From: Candidatus Multivoraceae bacterium
GTDB lineage: Bacteria; Acidobacteriota; Thermoanaerobaculia; Multivoradales; Multivoraceae
Length of the DNA: 64,000 nucleotides
Direction: 5' to 3'
Assembly: GCA_965219625.1 (NCBI GenBank)
Contig: OZ244782.1
Coordinates: 1,764,964-1,828,963 of the forward strand
Positions 50,363 through 59,553 of this stretch are shown piece by piece. Below the pieces are notes generated by a model. The model did not search any database. It was not told where the DNA came from and was given only the letters and a program-made list of their open reading frames with translations. Within the stretch, counting starts at the first letter, position 1. Each line of letters opens with the position of its first letter. The position numbers were made by a program, and so were the translations under genes.

Positions 50363-51439
50363 CTACTCCAGGTGCTTCTTGAAGAATGCGCTGACCTCCG
50401 CGAACACGTCCTCCGACTCCGGCGACCCCACCAGGATCAGATAGTCGGCGTGCGCGACGCCCTCGTAGACGTGCAGATCTGCGACGACTCCGGCCGCGCG
50501 CAACTTGCGGTGCGTACGCGCCGTGTCGCTCAGGAACATGTCGCGGGTACCGGTGATGAGGTACGTCGGCGGAAACCCCTCGAAGTCGCCGTAGACGGGC
50601 GAGATCAGCGGGTCCTTCATGTCGTGGCCGTCGGCGTAGAGCTGCGCCGCCGCGCCCAGCAAGCCGTCATAGGTCACCAGGATCCGATCCAGGCCCTCGT
50701 TCGTGAACAGGCTGTCGCTCGTCTTCGTCAGGTCCGCCCAAGGCGTTCCGGCGTAGATGGCGCCCGGCACATCAAGCCCCAGAGCGATGAAGCGGTGGAC
50801 GGCGGCCAAGGACAGCCCGCCGCCCGCGGACGTGCCGCCGATGGCGACCGACTTCGCGGAACGGTCTTCCAGCAGATGCCGGTATACCGAGACGACGTCC
50901 TCGACCGCGGCCGGGAAGGGATGCTCCGGCGGCATGCGGTAGTCGATCGAGAGCGCCGGGATTCCGGCGCTGGCCGCGACGATGGCCGCCTCGGTGACGG
51001 ATGCATCGCCGCCGTTCAGCACGTAGGCGCCGCCGTGTACGTGGAGAAAGAGGTGCTCCGCGTGTCTGGGGTGGACCTCCTCCGGCGTCACGGTGTACAC
51101 CGTCACGCCCTCGATGTCCGTCTTCTCGATCGATACGCCGAAGCCACTTGCGATCTGGTCGAGGTTCGTGGTCGCGGTCGCCCTCTGCATCGCGAGCCAC
51201 TGCTCGTCGCTCTGCGGCGCCTGTTCCTTCGACGCGGCCACGCTCGGGGCGGGGGTCGCGGCAAGGGCCGAGCGGAGCTGCTCGCTAGCACCGAATGGCG
51301 GCGGCACGACGCGCTCGCCGATCGTCCAGGAGCCGGACTCCTGAGCTGCCGCCGGCTCCAGGCCGGTAACGGCGAAGCCAAGTGCCAGGGTCAACGCGAG
51401 CGGAGCGGCCGGCAGGGTTCGAGGTTGCTGGATCTTCAC
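50363..51439 (-). CDS. Alpha/beta hydrolase (HSL-like esterase), exported
   Basis: HGGAY, DYRMPPEHPFPAA, GTSAGG, GVAH. Confidence 0.9.
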   Translation of the reverse strand: MKIQQPRTLPAAPLALTLALGFAVTGLEPAAAQESGSWTIGERVVPPPFGASEQLRSALAATPAPSVAASKEQAPQSDEQWLAMQRATATTNLDQIASGFGVSIEKTDIEGVTVYTVTPEEVHPRHAEHLFLHVHGGAYVLNGGDASVTEAAIVAASAGIPALSIDYRMPPEHPFPAAVEDVVSVYRHLLEDRSAKSVAIGGTSAGGGLSLAAVHRFIALGLDVPGAIYAGTPWADLTKTSDSLFTNEGLDRILVTYDGLLGAAAQLYADGHDMKDPLISPVYGDFEGFPPTYLITGTRDMFLSDTARTHRKLRAAGVVADLHVYEGVAHADYLILVGSPESEDVFAEVSAFFKKHLE

Positions 51440-51524
51440 GGAAGTCCTCCTTGGGTGGAACAAAGCTGCGGTGCCCCGTGACGATACCCTCCGCGATCGG
51501 ACCGACCTGCAAGAGAGGACGACG

Positions 51525-52064
51525 ATGGCCCGACTCCCGTACCTGAACGCGAACGATCTCGCCCCCGAAGATCGGAGGCTCCTCGATCCGCCGCTCAACC
51601 TCTTCAGAGTACTCGCCTACTGCCCTTCTGGCGCCCGTGCGTTCGGGCGCCTCGGCCTCTGGATTCGCTTGAAGACCCGGCTCGACCCGCGCCTTCGCCA
51701 GATGGCGATTCTGCGCGTCGGCGCCGTTACCCGCACCGAGTACGAGTACAGCCACCACGTCGAGCTCGGCCGTCAGTTCGGACTCTCCGACGACGACATC
51801 CGCGCCGTCGTGGCCGGGCCGGAAGCGGACTCGCTGACGGAAGTCGAACGCCTCGTCCTCGCCGCGGCCGACGAGATGACGAACGGCCTCGGGATTCGCG
51901 GCAAGACGTTCAGGGCGTTACGGAGTCATCTCGACAAGGGAATGATGGTCGAGTTGACGATGACCCTCTCCTACTACAACGGCGTCGTCCGGATGCTGAA
52001 CTCGTTGGACATCGACGTCGAGCCCGACTATCAGCGCTACCTGGAGGAGTTCCCGCTGCCGTAG
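51525..52064 (+). CDS. Carboxymuconolactone decarboxylase / AhpD-like protein
   Basis: MARLPY, LDPRLRQMAILRV, YEYSHH, YYNGVVRMLNSL. Confidence 0.85.
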   Translation: MARLPYLNANDLAPEDRRLLDPPLNLFRVLAYCPSGARAFGRLGLWIRLKTRLDPRLRQMAILRVGAVTRTEYEYSHHVELGRQFGLSDDDIRAVVAGPEADSLTEVERLVLAAADEMTNGLGIRGKTFRALRSHLDKGMMVELTMTLSYYNGVVRMLNSLDIDVEPDYQRYLEEFPLP

Positions 52065-52396
52065 CGACGGGCCCTCGACTCGGTGACGCGCAGCGAAGCC
52101 GCGACGGCAATCGTCGGCTTCGGGTGCCTACTGACGGCGCGGCCAGCAGAAACGTCCTTACGGCCAAGACCGGGCCCAGAAGCGGTGCGGTCGGTCGACG
52201 CTGCTCGACTCGGGTGCCCTCGTTTCTGAAGCCGGGTCACTGAGTAGCGTGCTTTCACTCCGCCAGCTGGCTGCCACGAGCCACCTTCCCAGGCTAGACT
52301 GAGAGCTGGGAGGACTGCGGTCGGTTCCCAAACGGCCAGCTCCGACGAAGCCCTCCTTTGGCGCAGACGAGGCTGTTGGAGGAGTAGACAGAGAAG

Positions 52397-54814
52397 ATGT
52401 CCGCAGCGCTTCAACCCGGTCAGCTGGGGAGGGAGGTCGCCGAGATCCCGGTCCCCATCAGCTACGACATCATCCGCCTCTTCTCCGAAGGCCTCTACAA
52501 GAGTCCCCACAAGGCTGTCGAGGAACTCGTAACCAACGGGTACGACGCCGATGCCCGGGAGGTTCGTGTGCTGCTACCCGATCAAGATCCCGCCGAGGCG
52601 CCCGCTCCGACAACGCGGCTGTGGGTGATCGACGATGGCCGCGGGATGAACCAGGAGGGCTTCCAGAAACTCTGGCGTATAGCCCGTTCCGATAAGGCGG
52701 ACGCTCCTGGAAGCGAGGCTAGGCCGCCAATTGGTCAGTTCGGGATCGGCAAGCTCGCCGCCTATGTTATTGCCCGGAACCTACTTCACCTCAGCCGTGT
52801 CGACAACCAGCTACTCCTGACCGAAATGGACTTCCGCAGGGTCGAGAAGGTCGAGCTAGACGACGAACCCGTGACGGTCTCACTCCGGAGAATTAGCGAG
52901 ACCGAGGCGAAGCGTCTGCTCGCTGACATTCGCGCTCGCGAGCCCGATGCGTGGGGCCTCATGTTCGGTGACCACCGTGCGTCGCACTGGACCGCGGCAG
53001 GCTTGTCGGACTTCAGGGAACTGTACCAACGACTGGTATCCGGAGTGCTTCGGTGGGTCCTGAGGACGGGCTTGCCTCTTCACTCTAACTTCCGTGTGTA
53101 CTTGGATAGGGAGCGACTCACGTCCAGCAAAGCCGAAGGGACACCGATCCTCGAGGTGCCGATCTGCGAGCAACTTCCTACGCTCGGACCGGTTAAGGGT
53201 CAGGCTCAGATCTTCGGCGAGAAGCTCACCGGCGGAAAGTCGGAGCAGTACGGTAGAAGCAACGGCTTCTTCATTCGAGTCCGCGGGCGCGTCGTCAATT
53301 TGGAGGACGAACTCTTCGGACTGAAAGCGCAGAACCACGCTGCTTGGTCACGCTTCGCTCTTGACGTCGAGGCGAATGGGCTACGCGACCATCTGCTGTC
53401 CTCGCGAGAAGGCTTCAGGGATTCAGAGCACGTCAGGGAGTTCCGGGAGCTCTTGCTCAAGATCTTCAACCAATGCCGAGCTGCCTATGACAAGCGCAAG
53501 GCGGAAGAGAACACGGAACTCGACGTCGCGCAGCTCCTTTCCTACGCTCCCCGGGCGGAGATCGCCGAACCGATTCTTCAAGCCGTGCGTGGTGCCGTCG
53601 AGACGTCTCACGGTTCTTTCTACGTGGCACAGCCAGAGCGAGCGCAAGAGAGTGGCGGACATTGGACCGAGGAGTCCGAGGACCACATCTGCGACAAACC
53701 GATCGCGAGTTTCGAGTTCGTTGAGGACGGACCGAACGCTGCTGCGCTTCGATATGAACCCGATTCGCGCGTTCTTCGCGTGAACTCGCAACACCCGTTC
53801 GTGGATAAGCTCATCGGGACTAGTGGAAGACCTGCCGCTGAGATGTTTGCCGGCTCGGAGGTGGTCCTGGAGGGGCAGCTTTCTTTGCAAGGAATCAACT
53901 TGGCAACTGTTGCCGAACTACTTGCAACTCGCGACCGCGTTCTGCGCCTTATGGCCGGCAAGGCGCCGGCTACAGCGGCGGAGGTCTTGAGGAGGTTACG
54001 CGCCGCCAGCAATAGCGAGGAGGCGTTTGAGGTCGCTGTCGGCGCGGTATTCCTAGCACTTGGATTCCAATACGAGCGGAAGGGAGGGAATCAACCTGGC
54101 CCCGATGGTCTTCTCCACGCGCGACTGGGTCGGCACGCCGAGTCAAGCGCCGACTACTCTCTCGTCTATGACGCAAAGACGACGACTGGGCCTAAGGCCG
54201 TTCCTGCCGCGAAAGTCGACTTCGCCAGCTTGGAGCGCTTCCGAACAGAGGCCGGTGCGACGTTCGGGTTCTTCATAGCCGACCGTTACGCAGGGGAGTG
54301 CGACCCGTGCAGCGCCTTGAGCCGGGAGCTAAGACAATCCGGCTTCTCTGCCTTGTCGCTGCTCAAGATCGAGCATCTTGAGCGGCTGGTGCGACTGCAT
54401 TACCTTCACGGCGTGCCTCTCACAGAGCTCAGGCGTCTGTTCGAGAGTTCGCGATCAGTACTTGACGCGAATTGCTGGGTGGAGAACCTGAAGCACCAGC
54501 GCAGCGAGCGACATGTGCCTTTGAAGGTCTTGCTCGACGGACTCGAGGGCCTCAAGACGGACGCGAGGGCCAAGCCGAGCATTGCGGCGGTCCGAGAGCG
54601 AGTAGCTGAGTTGAAAGAGTTCAGCCCCGAGGAGCTTCGAGCTCGCCTTAGGGCAGTAGAGGCGATTCTGGGCTCTCGCTGGTTGGAAGTAGAGGATGAC
54701 TACACGGTGAGGATGCACAGCGACTCGACCCAGATCCTTCAGCAACTGAATACAGAGATTCAGGGCATTCCAGAGCTGGCCTCGACAGATAAGGCGGCGG
54801 AGGAAAGGTACTGA
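52397..54814 (+). CDS. MORC-type GHKL ATPase fused to C-terminal PD-(D/E)XK nuclease
   Basis: LYKSPHKAVEELVTNGYDADA, IDDGRGM, IGQFGIGK; AFEVAVGAVFLALGF...GPDG...YDAK. Confidence 0.82.
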   Translation: MSAALQPGQLGREVAEIPVPISYDIIRLFSEGLYKSPHKAVEELVTNGYDADAREVRVLLPDQDPAEAPAPTTRLWVIDDGRGMNQEGFQKLWRIARSDKADAPGSEARPPIGQFGIGKLAAYVIARNLLHLSRVDNQLLLTEMDFRRVEKVELDDEPVTVSLRRISETEAKRLLADIRAREPDAWGLMFGDHRASHWTAAGLSDFRELYQRLVSGVLRWVLRTGLPLHSNFRVYLDRERLTSSKAEGTPILEVPICEQLPTLGPVKGQAQIFGEKLTGGKSEQYGRSNGFFIRVRGRVVNLEDELFGLKAQNHAAWSRFALDVEANGLRDHLLSSREGFRDSEHVREFRELLLKIFNQCRAAYDKRKAEENTELDVAQLLSYAPRAEIAEPILQAVRGAVETSHGSFYVAQPERAQESGGHWTEESEDHICDKPIASFEFVEDGPNAAALRYEPDSRVLRVNSQHPFVDKLIGTSGRPAAEMFAGSEVVLEGQLSLQGINLATVAELLATRDRVLRLMAGKAPATAAEVLRRLRAASNSEEAFEVAVGAVFLALGFQYERKGGNQPGPDGLLHARLGRHAESSADYSLVYDAKTTTGPKAVPAAKVDFASLERFRTEAGATFGFFIADRYAGECDPCSALSRELRQSGFSALSLLKIEHLERLVRLHYLHGVPLTELRRLFESSRSVLDANCWVENLKHQRSERHVPLKVLLDGLEGLKTDARAKPSIAAVRERVAELKEFSPEELRARLRAVEAILGSRWLEVEDDYTVRMHSDSTQILQQLNTEIQGIPELASTDKAAEERY

Positions 54815-54820
54815 CACACC

Positions 54821-55990
54821 ATGTTGTCGGCTATTCACCCATTCCCGGCGCGGATGGCGCCGGACCTTGCCCAGGACGCGCTCAAGGCCGCGAGCGCGGG
54901 AAGCGTGGTTCTCGATCCGATGTGCGGGTCGGGTACGGTTCTTCGAGCCGCGTCAGAGGCCGGTTTCGATTGCTTGGGTTTCGACCTGGATCCTCTCTCC
55001 GTTCTGATGGCCCGAGTCTGGACAACATCGGTCGATGTCTCGAAGGTTCTGGACGGCGCGGAGGACCTCGTGTGTTCCGCCCAGAATCTCGCAGAGGCGA
55101 ATGTCACGCGACCGGCGGACGCGGAAACCCGGGAGTTCATCACCTACTGGTTCGCCGAACAGCAGAAGGAGGATCTCGCTAGGCTGGCCACCGTTCTTCG
55201 GCCGCGCCGAGGCGCGGTCGCAGATGCTCTCCGGCTTGCCTTCAGCAGGATCATCGTGTCGAAGGAGATGATGGCCTCGCTTGCAAGGGATACCTCTCAC
55301 AGCAGGCCTCATAAAGTAGCGGAATCGAATGACTTCGATGTTTATGCGGGGTTCCTCCGGTCCGCCCGGTTCCTTATTCGGCGCCTCAGAGTCGACCGAC
55401 TCGCCGGCCAAGCGCGGGTTCTGCAGGGCGACGCGCGTCTTCTGGCGGGCGTGGCAGCCAACAGTGTGGACTTGGCTGTCACTTCTCCCCCGTACCTCAA
55501 CGCGATCGACTATCTACGAGGGCATCGCTTGGCGTTGGTATGGCTTGGGTATTCGCTGGGCGGGTTGCGGGAAACGAGAGCAACCAGCGTTGGCGCAGAG
55601 AGAGCATTGAAGAAAGACGAACCGCCCGTACTCGATGTGTCTGAGTTTGTGGCGAAGAAAGACGGCTCGTCCTTTGCGCGGCGGCACTGGGGCTGGATTC
55701 GCAGGTATGCGAGAGACATGGAGCAAGTTCTCCGGCGGCTCAGCGAAGTCGTGGCATCGGGCGGGCGGATCGTGGTCGTCATCGGAAACTCGTTCGTTCG
55801 TGGCGCTGAAGTCGACAACGCTGCGTTGCTACAGTCTCTGGCGCTTGGGGCCGAACTTGCCCTCGTGGATCGACGGAGCCGCACCATTCCCGCGAGACAC
55901 CGCTACCTTCCACCCCCAAGGGCCGGGAAGGGCGGAGCGCTCGACAGGAGAATGCGCACAGAGACCGTGCTCAGCTTCGGTGTGCCGTAG
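54821..55990 (+). CDS. Amino-DNA methyltransferase (probably N4-cytosine)
   Basis: IHPFPARM, LDPMCGSGT (motif I), VTSPPY (motif IV), VIGNS. Confidence 0.88.
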   Translation: MLSAIHPFPARMAPDLAQDALKAASAGSVVLDPMCGSGTVLRAASEAGFDCLGFDLDPLSVLMARVWTTSVDVSKVLDGAEDLVCSAQNLAEANVTRPADAETREFITYWFAEQQKEDLARLATVLRPRRGAVADALRLAFSRIIVSKEMMASLARDTSHSRPHKVAESNDFDVYAGFLRSARFLIRRLRVDRLAGQARVLQGDARLLAGVAANSVDLAVTSPPYLNAIDYLRGHRLALVWLGYSLGGLRETRATSVGAERALKKDEPPVLDVSEFVAKKDGSSFARRHWGWIRRYARDMEQVLRRLSEVVASGGRIVVVIGNSFVRGAEVDNAALLQSLALGAELALVDRRSRTIPARHRYLPPPRAGKGGALDRRMRTETVLSFGVP

Positions 55991-56171
55991 GACTCCTCTC
56001 CTCGTCCCGATTGCGGGGCTGTCAGAGGTAAGTGCTGACGGATGAGGGGTGGAGCATTTTCGGGACTTCAGGAGGGCCTCAAGGCTGCAGGGACTGCCAA
56101 GGGCGACGCTTCGGGCTCCGGCTGAGTGGCACGACCGGCGGAGATTGCACGTCCTTTGAGCACCGTCTCGA

Positions 56172-56576
56172 TTACGGGCGTTTGACGCCAATCTGCAGCA
56201 GCTTGGACAGGCCGGTGATGACAGCCCAGCCGGCTAGGCCGACGGGGACCGTGGTGGCGAATCTGATGGCCGTTTCCCTCTGGACGTCGTTCCCTAGGAA
56301 CGCCATGTAGAAGAGGAGACCGACAGCCAAGACGAGCACGCCTAGAAGAGCCCAAACGACCGACCGAGCGAAGTTCAGCCTTTCTCGCTCGCCCGTCGCT
56401 CCGACTTCCAGGGCCTTGGAATGGTACTGGAACTGGCGTTCGTCCTGAGCGTTCGCTAGTTCCAGTGCACGCCTGTCAAGGTCGGTCCGGCGATTGTCCC
56501 GGTCAATTCGGCCCTGCTCGAGTTCGATGAGTTCCCTGATCGCGCCGCGCCTGGTCAGGCTCTTATCCTCGTTCAC
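56172..56576 (-). CDS. Hypothetical coiled-coil plus 2-TM membrane protein
   Basis: Charged helical N-terminus then two hydrophobic segments; start overlaps upstream stop. Confidence 0.7.
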   Translation of the reverse strand: MNEDKSLTRRGAIRELIELEQGRIDRDNRRTDLDRRALELANAQDERQFQYHSKALEVGATGERERLNFARSVVWALLGVLVLAVGLLFYMAFLGNDVQRETAIRFATTVPVGLAGWAVITGLSKLLQIGVKRP

Positions 56577-56818
56577 CGGCCGTAGTTTCGCGCGAGCGGC
56601 CGGAGAAGCGACCGAAGTCGCGGACTGCTGATAAACCCGAGCGGAACCGTGCGGACGACGAATCCCTCGCCGTATGGCGATTTCTCAACGCGAATCACCA
56701 TGCTGGATTCCCTGGCGGCGTTCCTTCGCAGGCGAGCCGCTTCCTCCGCAGCTTCAAGGGACTCGAAGAAGACCTGTTTCTCCTTGCCGGATGGAGAATC
56801 TGGAAGCGCTTGACTCAC
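56573..56818 (-). CDS. Small hypothetical protein
   Basis: 81 aa, GAGGAG upstream, coupled to the downstream gene. Confidence 0.6.
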   Translation of the reverse strand: MSQALPDSPSGKEKQVFFESLEAAEEAARLRRNAARESSMVIRVEKSPYGEGFVVRTVPLGFISSPRLRSLLRPLARNYGR

Positions 56819-56901
56819 TGGGTCGGGCTCCTCGGTAGTTCAGGAAGGGCACCGACGACCTTAGCATCGACGACGTTGAACAGAGGCGCCTGGCGGGAGA
56901 T

Positions 56902-59037
56902 CTAGTAGTCGCCCGGAGCTCTAAGCCCCGTCTGCGACAGCAGGAAGGTGGCCTCCGCCGCCACGAACTCGACCCTCTCCGACATCGGCAGGCCGCGGCT
57001 CGCCGCGTGGCCGGCGTACGGGTGGTAACGCATGATGACCGGCAGCCCGGATGACGTCGCCGCCTGGAGACGGGCAGCGACCTTGCGGGCCTGGAGCGGC
57101 GGTACGCGGGTGTCGCGGTCGCCCTGGGTGAGCATGACGGCGGGATAGGCGACGCCGTCGCGGATTGCCTGGTAGGGCGAGAAGGCGCGCAGCGACTCGA
57201 ACTGCTCTGGAATCTCGCCGTCGCCGTACTCGAGCAGGGCGGGCATGTTGTTCGTCTCGGTGAAGGTGTAGAAGCGGATCAGGTCGAGCTCGGGGAAGCC
57301 GCACAGAACGGCGCGGTAGAGATCGGGGCGCTGGGTCAGGGAGGCGCCGACCAGCAGCCCGCCGTTGCTCGCGCCGTGGATCGCCAGACGTTCCGGATCG
57401 CTGTAGCCCTCGGCGATCAGCCACTCGCCGGCCGAGATGAAGTCGTCGAAGACGTTCTGCTTGTTCTGGAGCATCCCGGCTTGGTGCCACTCCTCGCCGT
57501 ACTCGCTGCCGCCACGAAGCGTCGCGACGGCGTAGACGCCGCCGGCCTCGAGCCACAACGCAGCCAGCGGGTTGAACCGGGGCGTCAGGGAGACGTTGAA
57601 GCCACCGTAGCCGTTCAGCAGGGCCGGAGCCGTGCCGTCAGGCTCGAAGCCTCGCCGGTGGGCGATGTACATCGGTGCGGCGGCGCCGTCCTTCGAGGTG
57701 TAGCGCACCTGCTTGAGGACGTAGTCGGCGCCGTCGAAGGGCGCTCGAGCCTCACGAAAGACCTCCCGCGTGCCCGCCTCGAGGTCGAGCAACCACGTCA
57801 CCGGCGGCTGCAGGTAGGAGACAAGCGACAGCAGCGCCTTGCCCTCGCCGGCACCCCGGATGCTCGCACTGTGATGCTCGGGTACCTCGACTTCGCCGGC
57901 CGGCGTACCGTCGACTTCGAAGACTCGGATTCGGCTCGCTACATGGTGCAGGTAGGTCAGGTAGAGCTTGCCGTCGACGAACGACACGCCCTGGAGCACA
58001 TCTTCGGCTTCCGGCACGACCTCGCGCCAGTTCTCGGGCTGCGGTCGGTCGAGATCGACCTCCATCAAGCGGTTGAGCGGCGCATCCAGGTTCGTGCGAA
58101 CGAAGAGCCGGCCATCGCTGTAGCGGGCATTGAAGCGGGCATCCATGCCCTGGACGATCGGCGTCACCCGCCAGGAGCCAATCTCCACGAGGTACACGTC
58201 ACTTCTGGCCCATCCGTGCTGGACGCCGACGAGCAGCTTCGTGTCGTCGAGTTGCTCGGCCCGAACGAAGGCCCGCGGCCCGATCCCCTCTCCGAACACG
58301 AGGTTGTCCTCGGCGTGGTCGGCCCCGAACCGGTGGAATCGGACGCGCGATCCCTCGATGCGGTCGCGGACCGTGGAGTAGATGCCGCTGCCGTCCTTCG
58401 CGAAGAAGGCCTGGTCGTTCAGCGCCCGGGGCATTTCGAAGTCGAGGTCGACGTTCTGTTCGAGATCCCGCAAACGGACCGTCGTTTCGTCCTCGCCGCC
58501 GATGCGGATGCTGTAGAGCAACTGCTTTCCGTCCGGCGATACGGAGACGATCCCGAGGTGGGCGTACTCGCTGCCCATTTCCGCTGGGTCGATGACGACC
58601 TCGTACTCGCCGGCCGGGTCGATCTTCGTCGGCCCGGGCTCGTCGTCTTCCGGGGCCTCCCGCCGCACGATGGACGCGACTTCCTCGCCCGGCCGGCGAA
58701 GCGTGAAGAGCTCGTACTCGCCGGCCTTGTTCGGCGAGCCGACCGACGGCGTGTCCATCAGCTCGCGGAGTCGCCGTCTCGCCCACTCGCGCTCGGGAGG
58801 CTCGCCGACGATCAGCTCTGCATACTCGTTCTGCCGGTCGATGAACGCGCGGGTCTCCGGGCTGTCCTGGTCTTCCAGCCATCGGTAGGGATCCTCGAAC
58901 TCGACGCCGTGGAGCGTCTCGGTGAAGGAGATCCGCTCCGTATCGGGCGGCGGCGGATAGTCCACGCCGCAGGCGGCCAAGCCGAAGAGCAGCAGGGCGG
59001 CCAAACCGAGGGGGTGCGGCTTTGGCTGAGCAGGCAA
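56902..59037 (-). CDS. Prolyl oligopeptidase family (S9A) lipoprotein
   Basis: Lipobox [31 protein letters not shown]; start uncertain. Confidence 0.92.
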   Translation of the reverse strand: MPAQPKPHPLGLAALLLFGLAACGVDYPPPPDTERISFTETLHGVEFEDPYRWLEDQDSPETRAFIDRQNEYAELIVGEPPEREWARRRLRELMDTPSVGSPNKAGEYELFTLRRPGEEVASIVRREAPEDDEPGPTKIDPAGEYEVVIDPAEMGSEYAHLGIVSVSPDGKQLLYSIRIGGEDETTVRLRDLEQNVDLDFEMPRALNDQAFFAKDGSGIYSTVRDRIEGSRVRFHRFGADHAEDNLVFGEGIGPRAFVRAEQLDDTKLLVGVQHGWARSDVYLVEIGSWRVTPIVQGMDARFNARYSDGRLFVRTNLDAPLNRLMEVDLDRPQPENWREVVPEAEDVLQGVSFVDGKLYLTYLHHVASRIRVFEVDGTPAGEVEVPEHHSASIRGAGEGKALLSLVSYLQPPVTWLLDLEAGTREVFREARAPFDGADYVLKQVRYTSKDGAAAPMYIAHRRGFEPDGTAPALLNGYGGFNVSLTPRFNPLAALWLEAGGVYAVATLRGGSEYGEEWHQAGMLQNKQNVFDDFISAGEWLIAEGYSDPERLAIHGASNGGLLVGASLTQRPDLYRAVLCGFPELDLIRFYTFTETNNMPALLEYGDGEIPEQFESLRAFSPYQAIRDGVAYPAVMLTQGDRDTRVPPLQARKVAARLQAATSSGLPVIMRYHPYAGHAASRGLPMSERVEFVAAEATFLLSQTGLRAPGDY

Positions 59038-59113
59038 GCGGCAAGTGTATCTCGTCGGACGCCTGCCGCCCGTCGCGTTGACCAGACTCCGCCCGTCTGG
59101 AACACTCACCGCC

Positions 59114-59491
59114 GTGGACGTTCCACTCAAGCGCTACGTCGCGGTAGCCGTCTTGCTGGGATGCCAGACGCCGAGTGGCTTCGCGGTTGTTGCCGGGTTG
59201 GAGTTGGCAGCTCATGTCTTCGCGTTCGAGCACGAGCACGACACCGCAGACTTGGCGAGATCTGCAACGCACGGGCACCACCACGACGACGAAGTGGTGC
59301 CCGACCACGACCACGACGCCAGGTTGGACGCGCCGGCCATGTGGCTGTGGTCCGAAACGTCGTCGTCGGCAGTGCTGGCCACTCCGCTTCCGTCGTCGGT
59401 GAAGTTCGCCGGGTCATCGCTTTTCGGAGCGGCCTCGCGACGCGGACCGCCACCGCACCTGTTCCGGCCCTATTCCGCTCTGCTGCTCTGA
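59114..59491 (+). CDS. His-rich leader protein with C-terminal RGPP motif
   Basis: Hydrophobic N-terminus, HEHD...HGHHHDD...DHDHD, SRRGPPPHLFRPYSALLL; directly upstream of RND operon. Confidence 0.7.
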   Translation: MDVPLKRYVAVAVLLGCQTPSGFAVVAGLELAAHVFAFEHEHDTADLARSATHGHHHDDEVVPDHDHDARLDAPAMWLWSETSSSAVLATPLPSSVKFAGSSLFGAASRRGPPPHLFRPYSALLL

Positions 59492-59548
59492 TCCGCGGCC
59501 CTGGCCCGGGTGCGATTTCGTGCCCGGAACCTGGAACGCGGAAAGGAG
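59492..59548 (+). promoter_or_regulatory. Stem-loop abutting the Shine-Dalgarno of the TolC-family gene
   Basis: CCGGGTGCG (59506-59514) pairs with CGTGCCCGG (59519-59527) with two G-U pairs; TCCGCG (59492-59497) pairs with CGCGGA (59537-59542); SD AAGGAG follows. Confidence 0.5.
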
Positions 59549-59553
59549 TCAGC

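Noticed and set aside
52065-52396. ncRNA or att site upstream of the MORC gene
   Set aside because: Short hairpins and a repeated CTCGACTCGG only; no matching repeat seen at the right boundary
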